DNA from: Paraphysomonas bandaiensis | Lineage: Eukaryota; Protista; Chrysophyceae | Direction: 5' to 3' | DNA length: 64,000 nucleotides | NCBI GenBank assembly: GCA_965644295.1 | Contig: CBFFRP010000281.1 | Span: forward strand, 62,001 to 126,000 | In this document: piece after piece, positions 15,001 to 23,304 of the stretch | Layout: each line of letters begins with the position of its first letter | Numbering within the stretch: position 1 is the first letter of the stretch | The notes under the pieces: model-generated | Database searches by the model: none | What the model saw: the letters and a program-made list of their open reading frames with translations, nothing else | Told to the model about the DNA's origin: nothing | Position numbers and translations under genes: made by a program

Positions 15001-15815
15001 AGCATGCTCTCTGGTGTATTGCTTACCTCTGTCAAGCGTCAGATGATATTAGTACGTCGAATGAATTAAACGCAACTAAATTCGGTGAAAATGGGTCAAT
15101 TCAGTCTATTGTTATAGCGGTGCAAGATAATTTTGAGAACAGTCGAGTTGTGATTGCCGGGTTCACAGCATTGAGGAATTTATGTTCAGTGAGTGTGAAT
15201 GTTGGCAGGATGACCTTTTTTGGATGTTGTGACCTTGTTTGTGCGACAATTCGAAGACATTTGCACAATATACCAGTTTGCCGAGTGGCATGTCAAGCCT
15301 TGACTATGTTTTGTTCCACCGACAATGTTAGGACGTTGCTCGCATGTGATGTAGTTAACTTGCTGACAGATATGCTAGTTCGTCACTCTTCCATTAAAGA
15401 AATTTTGACCCATACTTGCCACTGTATATCGAGAATAGTCTCTAATGATTTGTCTCATTCATCTAATTTTTCAATGGATATCTGTTCTATTGTTATTAGC
15501 AGCTTTCAACTTTTTGCAGATGACACTGATGTAGTGTTAAAAGCATGTGATGTCGTCTGTGCCCTTTCTGGCCATTCTCATGAGTACAAGGTGTGCTTTG
15601 GCTCGAGTGGTATGATTGAAGCACTTGTTCAAGTGACTGAGCAGCACCGCCGAAATGTTATTGTTATGGAAGCAATATCACGAGCACTGGCAACTCTATC
15701 TGACAGATGCATTGAAAATAATGAGCGAATAAAAGTGACTGGAGGGCAAGATTTGTTGTGGTCAACATCTCAAATCTCAAGGACCTGGGTATCGGCAACT
15801 GATCAACTGGAGTGA
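1..15815 (+). CDS. Giant armadillo/HEAT-like repeat protein (>5,258 aa), single uninterrupted ORF, probably 5'-truncated by the window
   Basis: The frame is open from position 3 (CPATARSAQEIFLEQN...) to TGA at 15813-15815. ARM-like helical units recur, clearest in the C-terminal third (e.g. GACEAMVEVHRHYQRDLHVSQYSCGAIANLA, GACTAIVNALSMFRTNCVVVRAASGAIANL). The protein is Cys/Leu/Val-rich. Confidence 0.85.
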   Translation, partial: CPATARSAQEIFLEQNMVELVIGKLNDKSLPLERYVCEMEILFGLLNHNEISVGVLVNRDDLLSLLTDFVSAHISESSLALLSMIIVTELCSDRSLYTNIRQCKVLFNSSVHAIAVHEDNPAIVYNCCQCIVHFLRLFVEEELDFVDRNLISTLTDAMRRNMENESLANIASNAITMLSRRFNVEAAREANDVKTQFERIAEMLSEAAKFKDFALIATSSSEIVDLSCGEIDENVSLISSRIYEQLHEALVVSVGNSFAQIAILKAIVYLCGHNDRPFQHRSHVVGKFIAMRTDLAVFRCLSMMYHNCRISEFATLLLHFFISYSNSSDESLELPRLLQLTCEVLNRHDDDMTTLQNSCLLITTILNASNNSELCSSDHLCEQLCVSLLTGMNDSTSALRIVSALSSLIYTQSYDHATYMVRRQHILKNLLSILRAHMEHNSTVTAVCTLITNLSVSIGKDFNAILYELGGHQVLIEVLRRDSCTSETTIYSVYDTIYTVSQHMSPCSNHFNHNGIWELVIRDVERFQWEANVMKIVCLCIPVLLIETDDLVGINFQIMLEMCIKIPRVHSRKCEVILAVVMAIECILGTEFSFSISTLRSLLDMLGPLFEQYLHEHELVQQFSLILIRITSRINEFEHIENFIDCSLCGTIVSGLYTYSRHETIFSLFCSLLSSMFSDSIAYSSKLYDCGICDTLDSILRENFNDLNVFRHTCEVMSAVPPHSKCSQRLSSLDICRNVSCMIVRFNVDPDIGLLWTKAIIVLASEERSFPCFKETDLIEKLWWLLENCDSNELVVQSVFQIFYLLGVHEDFCSALCSENGCEKLIVHLEKYTGSPDVLLSVLKSLCVLSVHGEYRIRFRSRRVAIVVYKIVTTFAAEDILKEAFKLISILSSCNADMQNIFFEIGVLDAVCDYVNQSSEINLVGAALGATAKMIERNEMRKSWVAEKNLCDELTNWSTRLYNLSPQTLLNILTAIKCFSEMESYYLKSFSTATFVELYIISLKSYVTLLGASTEYDDLYCTLLTVSVMTSSSIYCTDSKLQIKVCDLFLESVHMKSSARITALAIEYISAIVKSDKLLISRCYDSGILDRYVELLTVCTDERTTFPVICQSIVVFSNSNKNLLAEYVDQRLIDSIVKRILEFRSDVLIVSDGYEALVSLISPELMSSVNFELLVVLVTAVVNSVDEESILKRLCSTVAILAHMSPSLSNLLGSARVCDALIHILYIHFGNLDIYSAVIVAVVNLTAESDTNCAVFAAAGLCSGLSQWFSCELSPSNVVNTCCAIVNICADNGGAMSNMAREGKCASLLSLYDKNIGQRACVLSILRVVEILVRDKLSLQESEHNNCVNLLQLTAKQYDDDPEVFSLAMGLLSSFDASVPTTQSEVFQSACIKAVESLKLYIHNAEMVCELCSGIISLMANSDVSADILGGCGLCVLCDNILKNHSQNANVVSSVCIVIGYLALNSATSLKTFEATSVAQQIVASYDVFLDVFETCSALTFSIRNLVRSDVIMVSMMEYGVCDSLMKSLELYSKHNGDIVAMNCWALRKLTSPSSNYDNTHALDVVIQRGGLLLTCDIISHNSHNIPTFTAAVALLGSIISNGIGIVEAEQRIRGALMSALSKHIESENLCRYGLCLLVAFVENITCCTISAANSESCDIVLESVQEHMTCSAIADMGCEYISRVVLIDTELVGVLNDRRRLDVILQCLLLYGKEHISIVLSCVKLAKVLIQQNRVSVLYDVISTEYSCPGALENYFTSFEMAELILSTFAIVLQRNFFSQQWKSCPAVCESVLNYFTNFVNRFPIALLGCRIIYFLATGCRANKEYLLCHGAFEVISATLVKYFDRSTVISNAALCALQCLLADTELGVFSSPTDMLCKILVDIINLDWNTTTIYTESALDIIYELCKNNRCSCAFLRHDVSSTLIRIISTAEHISTHCLRRVLSILRTDDNILRGTMQVTAVHTFLSVLECENDVAVLEQTCGLLLGVWSTIVSVNDYHSIYSHVVTVLAKLKQQEGIVEVCCEHVIRATKALTSPISLEHVNISELCVELLDIHTTSIAGINVLSTVSALCDFDVNYSVFRSCGLFTRIASMLLEKTYSEDFCEIAMKCILCLQRLPSSPTKTLAVDPYEENLLIRISKHVFHENYSSDEAIRCSCILIEFLLSESSEHEKKFNDEIFSDDIVRVVRTRLFSLNEISIRTELLSCLSALCFFQECAIKLVVAGLLETSLDFMIRHIEVEHVVLFCGSVICIFTGDVVAHRERIQDALGSSGLHVAMLKGCDIHRQSISCVSTLLLAIYNICRSHAANISALIDNGATAIFTDLLERYHSEDASISRILCKICYEIVKGNETYCEAFNRSDLCSIAVRSLEYSMRTLLLHDAEVKLDLICTLMEVDQQCLDYFSNSANFLVFLEKAVLEYHSSYREFELKTLQAVEFLCRDYSGQVVLEFRKAAVYNRLMMFLQRYSGDSECIYTGARVMYCILASECDSERTRLGSTCGLCGQLLQLMMQHLSDKKCVLEVATVLSLLSATLPNVLILRDLGVSKSVATALQQYHLDNMTTMVLCNFIVCLTATSNLKLELESHGVFHTICDIAISLDYEDRNYTYAILKLVCCFIEGNHRNIVIFYRLIPPPLLFECFQYYLLQQDLEITRELCKILAAPGFNDQTLLESNNYICDDRLSECAVTALKLFFSDFDTFCALCTIISCAEGIDDTHLCQYFQLGALVPVIKGIDGHISVMKSKSCLLAAGLLCQYEFRTAETSGSSLGEVGLNNCEEVHSFLLLQLQSSGDRKSVAILSSFLLTLRDYFPTGRGDITSSVIDVAVELLNGHHLHYSVYSNLIYVVDIEIKESRIAYSDSLRISLLHLIAQPSLNICSSRFVNCMLRILMFLAENDCMNMCSAALCDVTVRVLCEAMKSVQHDTVKLVCDLISKLCKGCPAIRDCFATTDIHEEICNTLKLEYDSELVGAAVITAVFQLCGGDSSFHNDNCRLLLRYDIDKCIASLLERSNITTEMILTLFLCMKNLSELREYCQRFGDERTIKLFLQIYKNNTHSSETLASVGLAIIRNLVAVDGNSEQFCDASTLGKIMSVLSVYGDCNSTVAMDCVVLLNSLLSNTPPCELDSLRVGDAYQDLVNSLRRHIHLENSSTVLYICHSIVKLSSKSDDSKSRLCSSGAVVSLEQALSTFDNNRDVVFSVLSAMRCLSFVPSFATYISNTKFCVIISQVLSQYIDDLEIVDQLLGTVSNASSFEEDFRIILIESKFCCLVMTYAERNCDSPAISVSILKILIYFVDHANTDQFPSRSVTNVIFNVLSSHKSNPTVCKYGSMAARYFSELIPNAVDFIECQLHTVVANLLSIHFERVIIIENTLICLKNLIDTSKDQTLVMSNDFSLGHLCEICSKLLNTYSSEVSIVVGSCDIIVSALKSHVRDQTALNSECVAVASIEDSTFDMAATFNMILTDMCNLLDHFFSDSCIALKVMKAILYIGVSYSKISSSSIECDISRAVLKTCASDGAFNLKIISQSNAALFCEVISILCTRNSEYLLTAAKTTELHVIILEIIVLYCQARSVSSSACTAFYQFISINPDVICLCDVKYLQSIQNILQLHMGCTSVVEMGSNVVMMLASHEHFVLQSRRLVVVKTLLEAIKCHIKSPESVVASIFSALLSLSADTECSVVMCTHGVCVVAFDCITNRKSCVSLVTVCTELIMKLASRECTNKYVRESLNCHAQLVRILHVCYEDDNIVRNVCVALDHIIKSESDNAKIISTNIDAAISKCLDSRSKEVCPSDNAAIKPVVNLVIVICKSCPLFCRKLSELNLCEAMVKMLHLCRHAELSEAMLSAINALAVTSENKARFGTSHCCKVVIESLESFNYEASLVCIGCSCISKICSDDPEIKVSYGNAGCCTVVIGLLRVYVNNQSVVSYACAALWSLINNCIPNVVIVSEVVGACDVLVDLLTVFSDSDLVCGSVCGILALVLENNSTHFYSLKHHNLLDLSLSVLTKHLNSRVAVLSSTSLVAVMLTLHAKADTIGDVLDGIDSIFIALTQCLRDRMEDTVLMTEVCGAISSLAMAVTSKGCATLESRDTCSLLSDVAAFALSRRVKTLAQASSLAITSLCQGRRSIQLYFSETSICSTVVGFLRMLDRDNSDDSIDVAVSALNAVAHLARHSKSKDTENQLNIEKLMTAGACEISVSVLTKRIQNRIVAFSASRVIFYLAGGGNDACTHRLNRSGACEAMVEVHRHYQRDLHVSQYSCGAIANLALLEHNNSLLLASDVPESIITTLLSCGTEDPDVAAMACIAINNLTGNRSQIRTKMGKAGACTAIVNALSMFRTNCVVVRAASGAIANLVLENDVNADALVKTDAIGTIVESALVHVDDIGVSHSALLFTLSICGTVAGSASSFLDSSICNVLSQIFSLHNADSALIRLCCITINVLCEDDNRTAGTMAKLLIPAKITTVLFDHLDDASVMLAGLKSILLLAQNYDDNIHVLISSGAGNLITQTLSFDPISGKIAYLACRVLNVLSRDNPAQLSLVHAGVCSKLCSVLELFTPDEDIVLQICYCVQSLTSSCVESRDALYESGLCQGITSALQLHSGSKKTGREICCAMWALIDDNIPALKDISHEKTCVSLVTFMQKYIGDFDCVNIASKLMKMIARSSICRSVFGKCGGCDCATLALEQNFDQREGCLNIIGALHALSVENKNNCEILGIKGACELAAKVLSSHIESAQIIAVCLKFVRCISEYLTNKIRLGKCEVPKLIVTVLKLYTEDTMLLKLGSSIVTSMCDKHDSNSLLFAEAGIFPALRPIIELHTSDTALMVVVFDAIFHLLSSEAQPDTVDGFVTCGLVDSLVDAMHIHLGKSAVIYNICRTIKLLAIPPNHVDLVNTGVCENLVLTLSCHLSDKSVNTIICATIRAVADRSSNRYALGTYNVCSALIKALQFAVEFEDCRLIEEALHTIYAVVKDCCANQIAASSVCDMIAELVGAGNGEEIDEHALWCIAYLCQASDDISTSNELNATKFGENGSIQSIVIAVQDNFENSRVVIAGFTALRNLCSVSVNVGRMTFFGCCDLVCATIRRHLHNIPVCRVACQALTMFCSTDNVRTLLACDVVNLLTDMLVRHSSIKEILTHTCHCISRIVSNDLSHSSNFSMDICSIVISSFQLFADDTDVVLKACDVVCALSGHSHEYKVCFGSSGMIEALVQVTEQHRRNVIVMEAISRALATLSDRCIENNERIKVTGGQDLLWSTSQISRTWVSATDQLE

Positions 15816-16029
15816 TTGCTAAGAAGTGATGTAGAATGTCATATGGATATATAGTTGATTATAAGTAAATATCTTTAATTTTTGTGAATTATAAGTAGGT
15901 ATCGTACTCTTGTTGGAAGTATCATGACCACGAGGTACGTAGTGACTTGTAGTACAAGCCCATGCATTTTTTACGGCGACACATACATAGCGTATGTCAG
16001 AAAATTCATCGCAATACTGGTATTAAGGC

Positions 16030-16460
16030 AAAATAGGCGTGTAAGAGTCAGAACTAATTTAGCATTGTAATTTAACTAACTAGTGCTTAACTCTGATATT
16101 ATATTATTTAACTCTACGAAACAGCTTGTGCGTCGCCGCAAGCACCAAGGCGCAATAACTTTCGTTCTCTGTCCTTAAGGTGAACTAGCCCGGTTGATTG
16201 ACTTTAGCAGGCAGCCCACTACCCCGGATGTCCTTGAGGTGGGTTCTTTAATGGATGCCTGTTTATTCGTCAAGGTCCAGAGACGTCTACACAAGTGACA
16301 CTAATTAGTGTCTCTTGTACCACACAAGCACTCAGCTATGAGTGGGCAGAACGCTATCTGCAGATTATGCTTGTGGCTCATGTTAGCTTCCTGGAGAAAT
16401 CTCTCCAGTACTTCTCTCCAGAACACCACGAAAAGGTGCGAGTCCGACTGTTGAGGGTGG
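16030..16460 (-). mobile_element. 3' fragment of a putative non-LTR retroelement family (copy B)
   Basis: Contains the family core GCTTGTGCGTCGCCGCAAGCACCAAGG (~16124-16150) and AATAGGCGTGTAAGAGTCAGAAC, shared with copies at ~38906, ~52293 and ~55155. The right boundary is uncertain. Confidence 0.6.
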
Positions 16461-17010
16461 AGTTAGTTACATTCTCAAATAAGCATACACGAAATGACGA
16501 CGAAACTATTGTCAGGATTTAAGAGGGCAAGTTCTCAACAACACCAGAAGCTCGTTAACAACGCCTTACTTTTAGTAATCGACTGGTCAAAGTTCTTAAC
16601 GTGATTTCTACTTACCATCGACTTAGGGCTACTACCTGCTAAAAAACAATATCCGAAGGAAACTGTATGCAACTGTTAAAACAGCTCCATGTTATATACT
16701 CGTATATTTACTTGCAGAATCTACTAGTTATCACAAATAAAATGCAGAACACACACACAGAGGGGGGTCTTCTTCCCTTTACGGTGTTATGGTGACCGTA
16801 TATACTGGTAATATACACTGTCAATATACTCTTAGTTATATGAAATACAGACCGACATTACTTACACCGAATGAAATAACCAGTGCGACGGACGGACAGA
16901 CTGACGGACTTATGTATACACATACCGTGATTTACTTCTTGTTTTCGTGTTGATAACATGATATTACCGCGTAAAAAATATATACACTTATTATATATAT
17001 GCCTAAAACC

Positions 17011-17160
17011 GGTTGCACCATGGTGCTCGCAGCGATGCACAAGTAGTCCCGAGACGGTTGCCCGCCACTAGTAGTATATGCAAATCCAGTTATTAGTTAG
17101 TCTATACATATAAACTAGTTTCTTGTACACAACCGTTCTCATGTAATAATCAGACTTTCC
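17011..17160 (+). mobile_element. 150-bp retroposed copy (SINE-like or heavily 5'-truncated LINE) of the same family, with 15-bp TSD
   Basis: Flanked by TATATGCCTAAAACC at 16996-17010 and 17161-17175. Starts GGTTGCACCATGGTGCTCGCAGCGATGCACAAG, homologous to the family core, and ends TAATAATCAGACTTTCC like the 3' end of the 52293 copy. Confidence 0.75.
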
Positions 17161-17890
17161 TATATGCCTAAAACCCAAGCTCAAGTTAACAAAATGATTA
17201 ATAAAGCTCTGAAAACAACTGTGAACAAAGCTAAGCAAGACGTAACCAACCACGCAGATAACTAACGTAAGGAAGTGGCCAAGAATAAACAAAAATGCTG
17301 CATCAGTAAAGAAGAAGATCAGGAAGAAGATTTAACTTATTACTGACCTAAAAAACTTCTCATAAGAGAAGAAAACGTCACAACACAGCACACATGCTAC
17401 GGTTTAACTTTCTTTTTCTTGGCGTCCTGTACCATAGATAAAGGCATGAGGCGGCTGTCAAAACGTAACTTATGGCGCCCACCATTAGGCCCTTCAACAA
17501 TGGGATACCATTCATTCCCTACCTACAACAGAAAATTATTTTTATGAGCATGTATATGTGTAATGCATACATATATACTACCTGTGTTTCATAGCCGGTG
17601 CGTTCATACGCTAGTTTCATTACCATTGGACGTAATACCTGTTATACTAGAGATATCCGAGGCAGCGGAAGTGGTAGTCATATTGTCAGCTTCCATCCCC
17701 TCCAGTAAGCCATCTCCCTTTCCATGTTAGGGGCGGGCGTATCACCGTTAGGAAGGTTTTAACATTATTTTAGGAAGGTGGCCTTATGATATTGCATTCT
17801 GTTCAGCCTTGGCAGTATACGCTCGACCAACAAACGCAATTTCTTTATCTTGCTCTCTTCTTCCTCTGATTCCTCAATTTGTTCAGACTT

Positions 17891-18125
17891 CTTCTTAGGC
17901 AACGTCTTAACGCCCTTCTAAGCAGTTTTATATTAGGCATTATACGATATCTACAGCATGTATACTACCGTTACGACATAACGACTGAATAAGGTATTAT
18001 TAAGTGGTGGTAGTAGTACGCATGTATATACGTTACAGTACTCGACATGTCGCAACATGTATAGTACACATACTGTAGATATCGTATAATGGGTATTAAA
18101 AGGCGCTAAGACGTTGCTTCAGAAG
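17891..18125. repeat. Imperfect fold-back inverted repeat (MITE-like)
   Basis: 17938-17967 matches the reverse complement of 18062-18091 at 28/30. The outer arms 17891-17917 and 18099-18125 also pair. Confidence 0.75.
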
Positions 18126-19549
18126 ATGTCACGCAGTTCACTGGGTTCACTACGTGTATCTTAGTACCAATGTTCTCTATGTATATACGGTATCTACCTC
18201 TCTATATTTATCTTCGTATCTATGCATATACTACGTATATATACTTATACATCTATCTTCTATCTATGTATCTACTTTCTTATACTATACTCTTTACGGT
18301 TTGTATAGAGTCTTTTCAATTTTATACTTCGACTTTTTCAGTCTCACTTCGACTTCGTTTTAGCAGTGAGTTTGTAGGCGAGTGTGGATTCGATATTGCT
18401 GTCATATCCTGGATAAGGATTCGATTGTGTTGGAGATGTCCGAGAGAGTGTTCATTCTCTGTTGTACTTGGCAGTGTTTCACCCGCTGGTGGCACTGGAC
18501 AGCGTTGTGTGCCCGCTGGCCGATGCCTTTTGTGAACCTAATTGCTCTCCGCAATCTTCCTACCTAAGCAATCTCGAGTCGCGAGAGGATTATGGAAGTC
18601 TATTAGCTCGACAGAGCTCATGAAGCTCCTCAAGAGCTTCTGCACATGAGACGTGGCCACACCAACAAGCATAAATTGTATAAATTGATCGAGGCCTTCA
18701 ATCATAGACTTTTCACAGGTAGCAGTTTAACTCGTCGTCACCTCAGTAAACAGTGCCTCCAGAAAACAGAAGGAATACGCAAAACATGTGCTAAATCCAA
18801 GATTGCAAAGCTTCATTTCCTGGGAAGCCTGAAGACGAGCTTCTCCTTCCTCCAGACTACCTGTGCTGCTGTGGACACCACCTTGAAGGGCCCTAAAGAT
18901 CTGCTGCCTATACAGGAGACATACCGAAGACACAGACCGCAAGTTGTTTGTGATAGGACAACAAGTAGATTGGGCAAGAGCGTATAATTCACTTACACGC
19001 GCAACTCGTCGTATTCCCAAACTCGTTGTATAGTTTGCACTTGTTGGTGCATCCAATAGTAACTAAATGAGAGTCATATTTTACTTATAGTGTCGCACGT
19101 GTTGTTAGGTTGATTGCGAAAACACACAAGATTGTGCTTCTCATTATTCAGACGTTATATATATCAAGATTCTAGCATTAGCATTTTTTTCAGCATGCCT
19201 GTCCATCGACTTGATGTGTCCATTGTTTCCTGCTACACTGACATCAAGGGCGATGTGTTCATTTGACTCCAACACCTGATTTCAACCTTCCAACGGAACA
19301 CTGTTTCAAACTGCGCAAGTCTCTATACGGTCTAAAAGCTCACGCATATCCTCATTGACGACCATCAATAAGTCTATAAAGTCGTTGGGACTTAAGTTAT
19401 GTATGTCAGGGGTACTATCGGAATGGGGATTCGGTTCAATAGAAATAGCTTCGACATGCATATTCTTACTGATGCAGATTGGGCATAAGGAGACGTAGTA
19501 TCACGCTGTTCAACGACTGGATACATTGTTTTTTGCTGCGGGTGTTTAA

Positions 19550-19655
19550 CCATCACTGTTACAACACCACCATCATCATCATCACCATCACTGTTACAAC
19601 ACCACCATCATCACCATCACTGTTACAACACCACCATCATCATCACCACCACAAC
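19550..19655. repeat. Low-complexity CAT/CAC repeat with three CATCACTGTTACAACACCACCATCA units
   Basis: Directly visible tandem units. Confidence 0.8.
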
Positions 19656-19949
19656 TGGCATTATGGCACTGGCTTTTTATAACATAAACTATATAATAAA
19701 TTTTATTTTATAACTTTTTCTAATTTTCATAAAAGCCAAAAAGCCAGAAAGCCAAAATGCCAAAACTATATTTTTATTTTATTATAAGATAATTATTTAA
19801 TATTATATAAAGTAATTAATTTTTATTTAAAGTATAGTATTATTAATATTATTATATTTAAAGATAGAGTGAAAAGGAAAGAGTAATAAAACGAAGTTTT
19901 ATTACGATACGAGAGCCCTTCTGGCTCAGGAAGAATGCCTAAGCGGCTT

Positions 19950-22470
19950 AGAGCGACCCCTCGGCCCTCCGCCTCTTTGTGTGTAATACCTTAAGTCTAG
20001 CCTGCGACTTAGTATAATTCCCCAACATTGCATGCAATGGTTTCACAATCAGCACATATACGCGTACGCAATCTCTCACCAAATTTGCCACACCCATGAA
20101 CTCCTTCTGGGTACTAGGCCAAACTTCCGAAATATCACCAAACCCGCTGATAATTCCTAATCAGCTCCTCTTCCCAGCTAGCAAATATAATAAAACCATC
20201 GAGATATATCTCACAAATCTCACACACTAAACCCGCTAGCACTACACTTTGCATTTGCCGCTGGAAGTAGGACGGGGCACCTTTCAAACCCATGGGGAGC
20301 CGGAGCCACTCGTACACCCCGTTTTGAGTAATAAAGGCGACCCAATTACGGGACTCCTCGCCCACTGGCACCAATTCGATAAATCATATCTCTAATGTTC
20401 GGAATTGGCCAGATCTAACCTTGTTGAGATTCTTATAATCCAACACTAATCGCCACTTATTGTTTGGCTACGGAACTACAAAAGAATGACTATAATGAGT
20501 GGCCGAGCTAGGTTGGATCGCTCCCAACCGCTCTAACTTTTCCACTCCACGTTGGAGTTCGCGCTGACGACTCCTATCCAACCTCCTACGAGGCAATTTA
20601 TTGCCGACATCAGCCATGCCTCAGCTGGGTTCCGGACTTCTCTAACTAAAAGTTCTAACTTCGTGGGCTTTCCTTTTCGAATCCCTAATCGAAAGATATC
20701 CCTGTATCCCACAGGACCTCACGAATCTTTTCTTGTAGGTCCGGTGACCCATAAACCTTTTCTGGAATCGTAGGAGACTCACCCTCAGAGTCTAGATAAT
20801 CAGAGTCAATGGAGTCTAACTGATCGTTGCGAATTTCTTTCATATCCTCTCGGTCCCTTGTCGACCTATTTGAGAAATTTGAAAGATCTTCTCCCAGCGA
20901 AAGCAGCTGTTCCTCCGCTGGGTACGACCACTCTTCCCCTATATCACTGATTCCTACGTCCAGAGGGGTCAACTCCCTCGGACCTCAAGATTAATTATTA
21001 CGTAGTGGAAGACGAACGCTGGCTCGTTCCCCCCCACAAGGGTAAAACGCGTACACGCCAAGGCTCGGAGACACTGCTCCCCCGGACTGATCATTTCTCT
21101 CTCTCGCAAGAGGGAATGCATTGTCCCCCACTACGTTGGCTGCTCGCCTTGCGCTGACCGCGCTCATAAATCACTTATCAAAGCCGGTGACCATCTCTTG
21201 GGCCCCGGTTCTAAAGGACTCATCAGAGTCTCTAACTATCACAAGGAAAAGAGTATCATGCCGCTCCCTCGCAGCTTCCTCTAAGCCCCATGCACAACTA
21301 AACTTACTCCCTCCTTTCGGAAGCACTAATTTCTCAATCTGCATCAAGGGACAGAGTACCCTGCTGCTCCCTCGCAGCTTACTCAAAGTCCCATACACAA
21401 CAAAACACACTCCTTCCTTTCGGAAGCACTAATCAAAGATAGACACATCACAAGGGACAGAGTACCCTGCTGCTCTCTCGCAGCTTACTCAAAGTCCCAT
21501 ACACAACAAAACACACTCCTTCCTTTCGGAAGCACTAATCAAAGATAGACACATCACAAGGGACAGAGTACCCTGCTGCTCTCTCGCAGCTTACTCAAAG
21601 TCCCATACACAACAAAACACACTCCTTCCTTTCGGAAGCACTAATCAAAGATAGACACATCACAAGGGACAGAGTACCCTGCTGCTCCCTCGCAGCTTAC
21701 TCAAAGTCCCATACACAACTAACTTACTCCTTCCTTTCGGAAGCACTAATCAAAGATAGACACATCACAAGGGACAGAGTACCCTGCTGCTCTCTCGCAG
21801 CTTACTCAAAGTCCCATACACAACAAAACACACTCCTTCCTTTCGGAAGCACTAATCAAAGATAGACACATCACAAGGGACAGAGTACCCTGCTGCTCCC
21901 TCGCAGCTTACTCAAAGTCCCATACACAACAAAACACACTCCTTCCTTTCGGAAGCACTAATCAAAGATGGACACATCAGAGTCTCTATCTGCATCAAGG
22001 GACAGAGTACCCTGCTGCTCCTTCGCAACACCTCTAAGTCCACTTGAGCCTTCCTCTGAGTCCCCATGATCCTCTACATGGTCACTGCATCCCTCTGCAG
22101 TCCAATATCAGGGTTGGAGCTTACGAGGTCCCTAGAAAACCTCCTCCTTCCCTCAACAACCCGAGCTAGAGGTTATCGGCTCCCCTGGCCATCCCCCTTC
22201 TTGCTCTACACACTCCTTCCTTGCGGAAGCTGTAGTCCTTCTAGACAATCAGGAAAATATCGATATTGTGCCCGTACCACTGTCTACAAGTTCGTAGCTA
22301 ACAGCAAGAACAGAGCAGGACTAGAATATATGATTATTATGCAGATAAGAATCATGTATGAATAGTCTGGCATGAAACTACTGCCACTGGACTACCGTAT
22401 CCTGAAGGGAAACCCCATGTTTCCAGAAGGAGAGAAACTCCCAAGCCCTAAAACTAGGAGTTTCATGCCA
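19950..22470 (-). mobile_element. Degenerate Ty3/Gypsy LTR-retrotransposon pol remnant
   Basis: Minus-strand RT motifs: KWRLVLDYKNLNK, WPIPNI, AFITQNGVYEWLRLPMGLKGAPSYFQRQM, YLDG (mutated YLDD), followed by thumb-like PSTQKEFMGVAN...VKPLHAML. Stops, frameshifts and deletions are present. No LTR pair found; outer boundaries approximate. Confidence 0.85.
21265..22035. repeat. Tandem array of ~106-bp units (about 6.5-7 copies) inside the Gypsy remnant
   Basis: CAAGGGACAGAGTACCCTGCTGCT starts at 21345, 21451, 21557, 21663, 21768, 21874 and 21996. Confidence 0.95.
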
Positions 22471-22472
22471 CA

Positions 22473-22670
22473 GTATGTATGTATGTATGTATGTATGTAT
22501 GTATGTATGTATGTATGTATGTATGTATGTATGTATGTATGTATGTATGTATGTATGTATGTATGTATGTATGTATGTATGTATGTATGTATGTATGTAT
22601 GTATGTATGTATGTATGTATGTATGTATGCACACTTGGTGTGTGTATGTATGTATGTATGTATGTATGCA
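22473..22670. repeat. (GTAT)n tetranucleotide microsatellite
   Basis: About 39 uninterrupted units to ~22629, then a short second run. Confidence 0.98.
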
Positions 22671-22899
22671 CACTTGGTGTGTGTTATGTACGGCGATGTA
22701 TGTGTGTACTGTACGAAGGTGGGTAGGTACTGCTGTAGGTGGGGTTGTTTGTGATTCTTCATTGTACTCGTACAGTACACAACAGTCTTCGACTATAATC
22801 CACCAACGAAATAGTAAATTACGTATCTGATTGGTCCAATCGATATATGCATCGCTGCTCGTGTATGCATCTGTAAGACCAGCTAGAGCTAGTTGTACT

Positions 22900-23304
22900 C
22901 TACAAACTCAATCAGTTACAGTCTATTTATAACCCTTATAATCTCTCTATAGCAATGAGCACTCTCCACGTATATATGAGTGTTAATTACAAGCATATTT
23001 TCCAATATAATGATACATACACCAGCAGAGGACTACATTAGACTACACTAGATTAAACTCTGTCTCCAGTTGTGCCCCTGACATACTGATGGCTGATGGG
23101 GAAGGTGAGTCATTGATTTGTATGTAGCCAGTATTGGCTTGGCAGCATAAGGAGATACACTGGATACATGCAAGCTACTATCTAACGTCCTCCAGTATGT
23201 CAGGGGCACAATCGGAGATGGCGTATGTGCATGTATTTGCATATGCGGATGAAGCTAGAGACACGATATATCATCGATGAGGGCTGGTTACATTGAGTTT
23301 GTAG
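22900..23304. repeat. Aged fold-back inverted repeat
   Basis: 23063-23088 pairs with 23193-23218 (24/26). Inner TTGTATGTAGCCAGT pairs with ACTGGATACATGCAA. Outer CTACAAACTCAAT (22900-22912) pairs with ATTGAGTTTGTAG (23292-23304). Confidence 0.65.

Noticed and set aside
16090-16150. Hammerhead or HDV ribozyme in the retroelement core
   Set aside because: No CTGATGA/GAAA core is conserved across copies and no HDV pseudoknot pattern could be built by eye.
18300-19060. Broken ORFs with a zinc-knuckle-like stretch on the minus strand
   Set aside because: Multiple stops and no diagnostic motif; probably a decayed TE but not supportable.
19880-20027. Possible LTR starting TGTTGGGG on the minus strand
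   Set aside because: The TG lies within the RT thumb frame (PLHAMLGNY) and no second LTR copy is present.
21265-22035. CRISPR-like array
   Set aside because: Units are near-identical over their full 106 bp with no unique spacers, there are no cas genes, and the context is eukaryotic.
22372-22830. ORFs of YVCM/HTYI repeats
   Set aside because: Translation artefacts of the (GTAT)n microsatellite.
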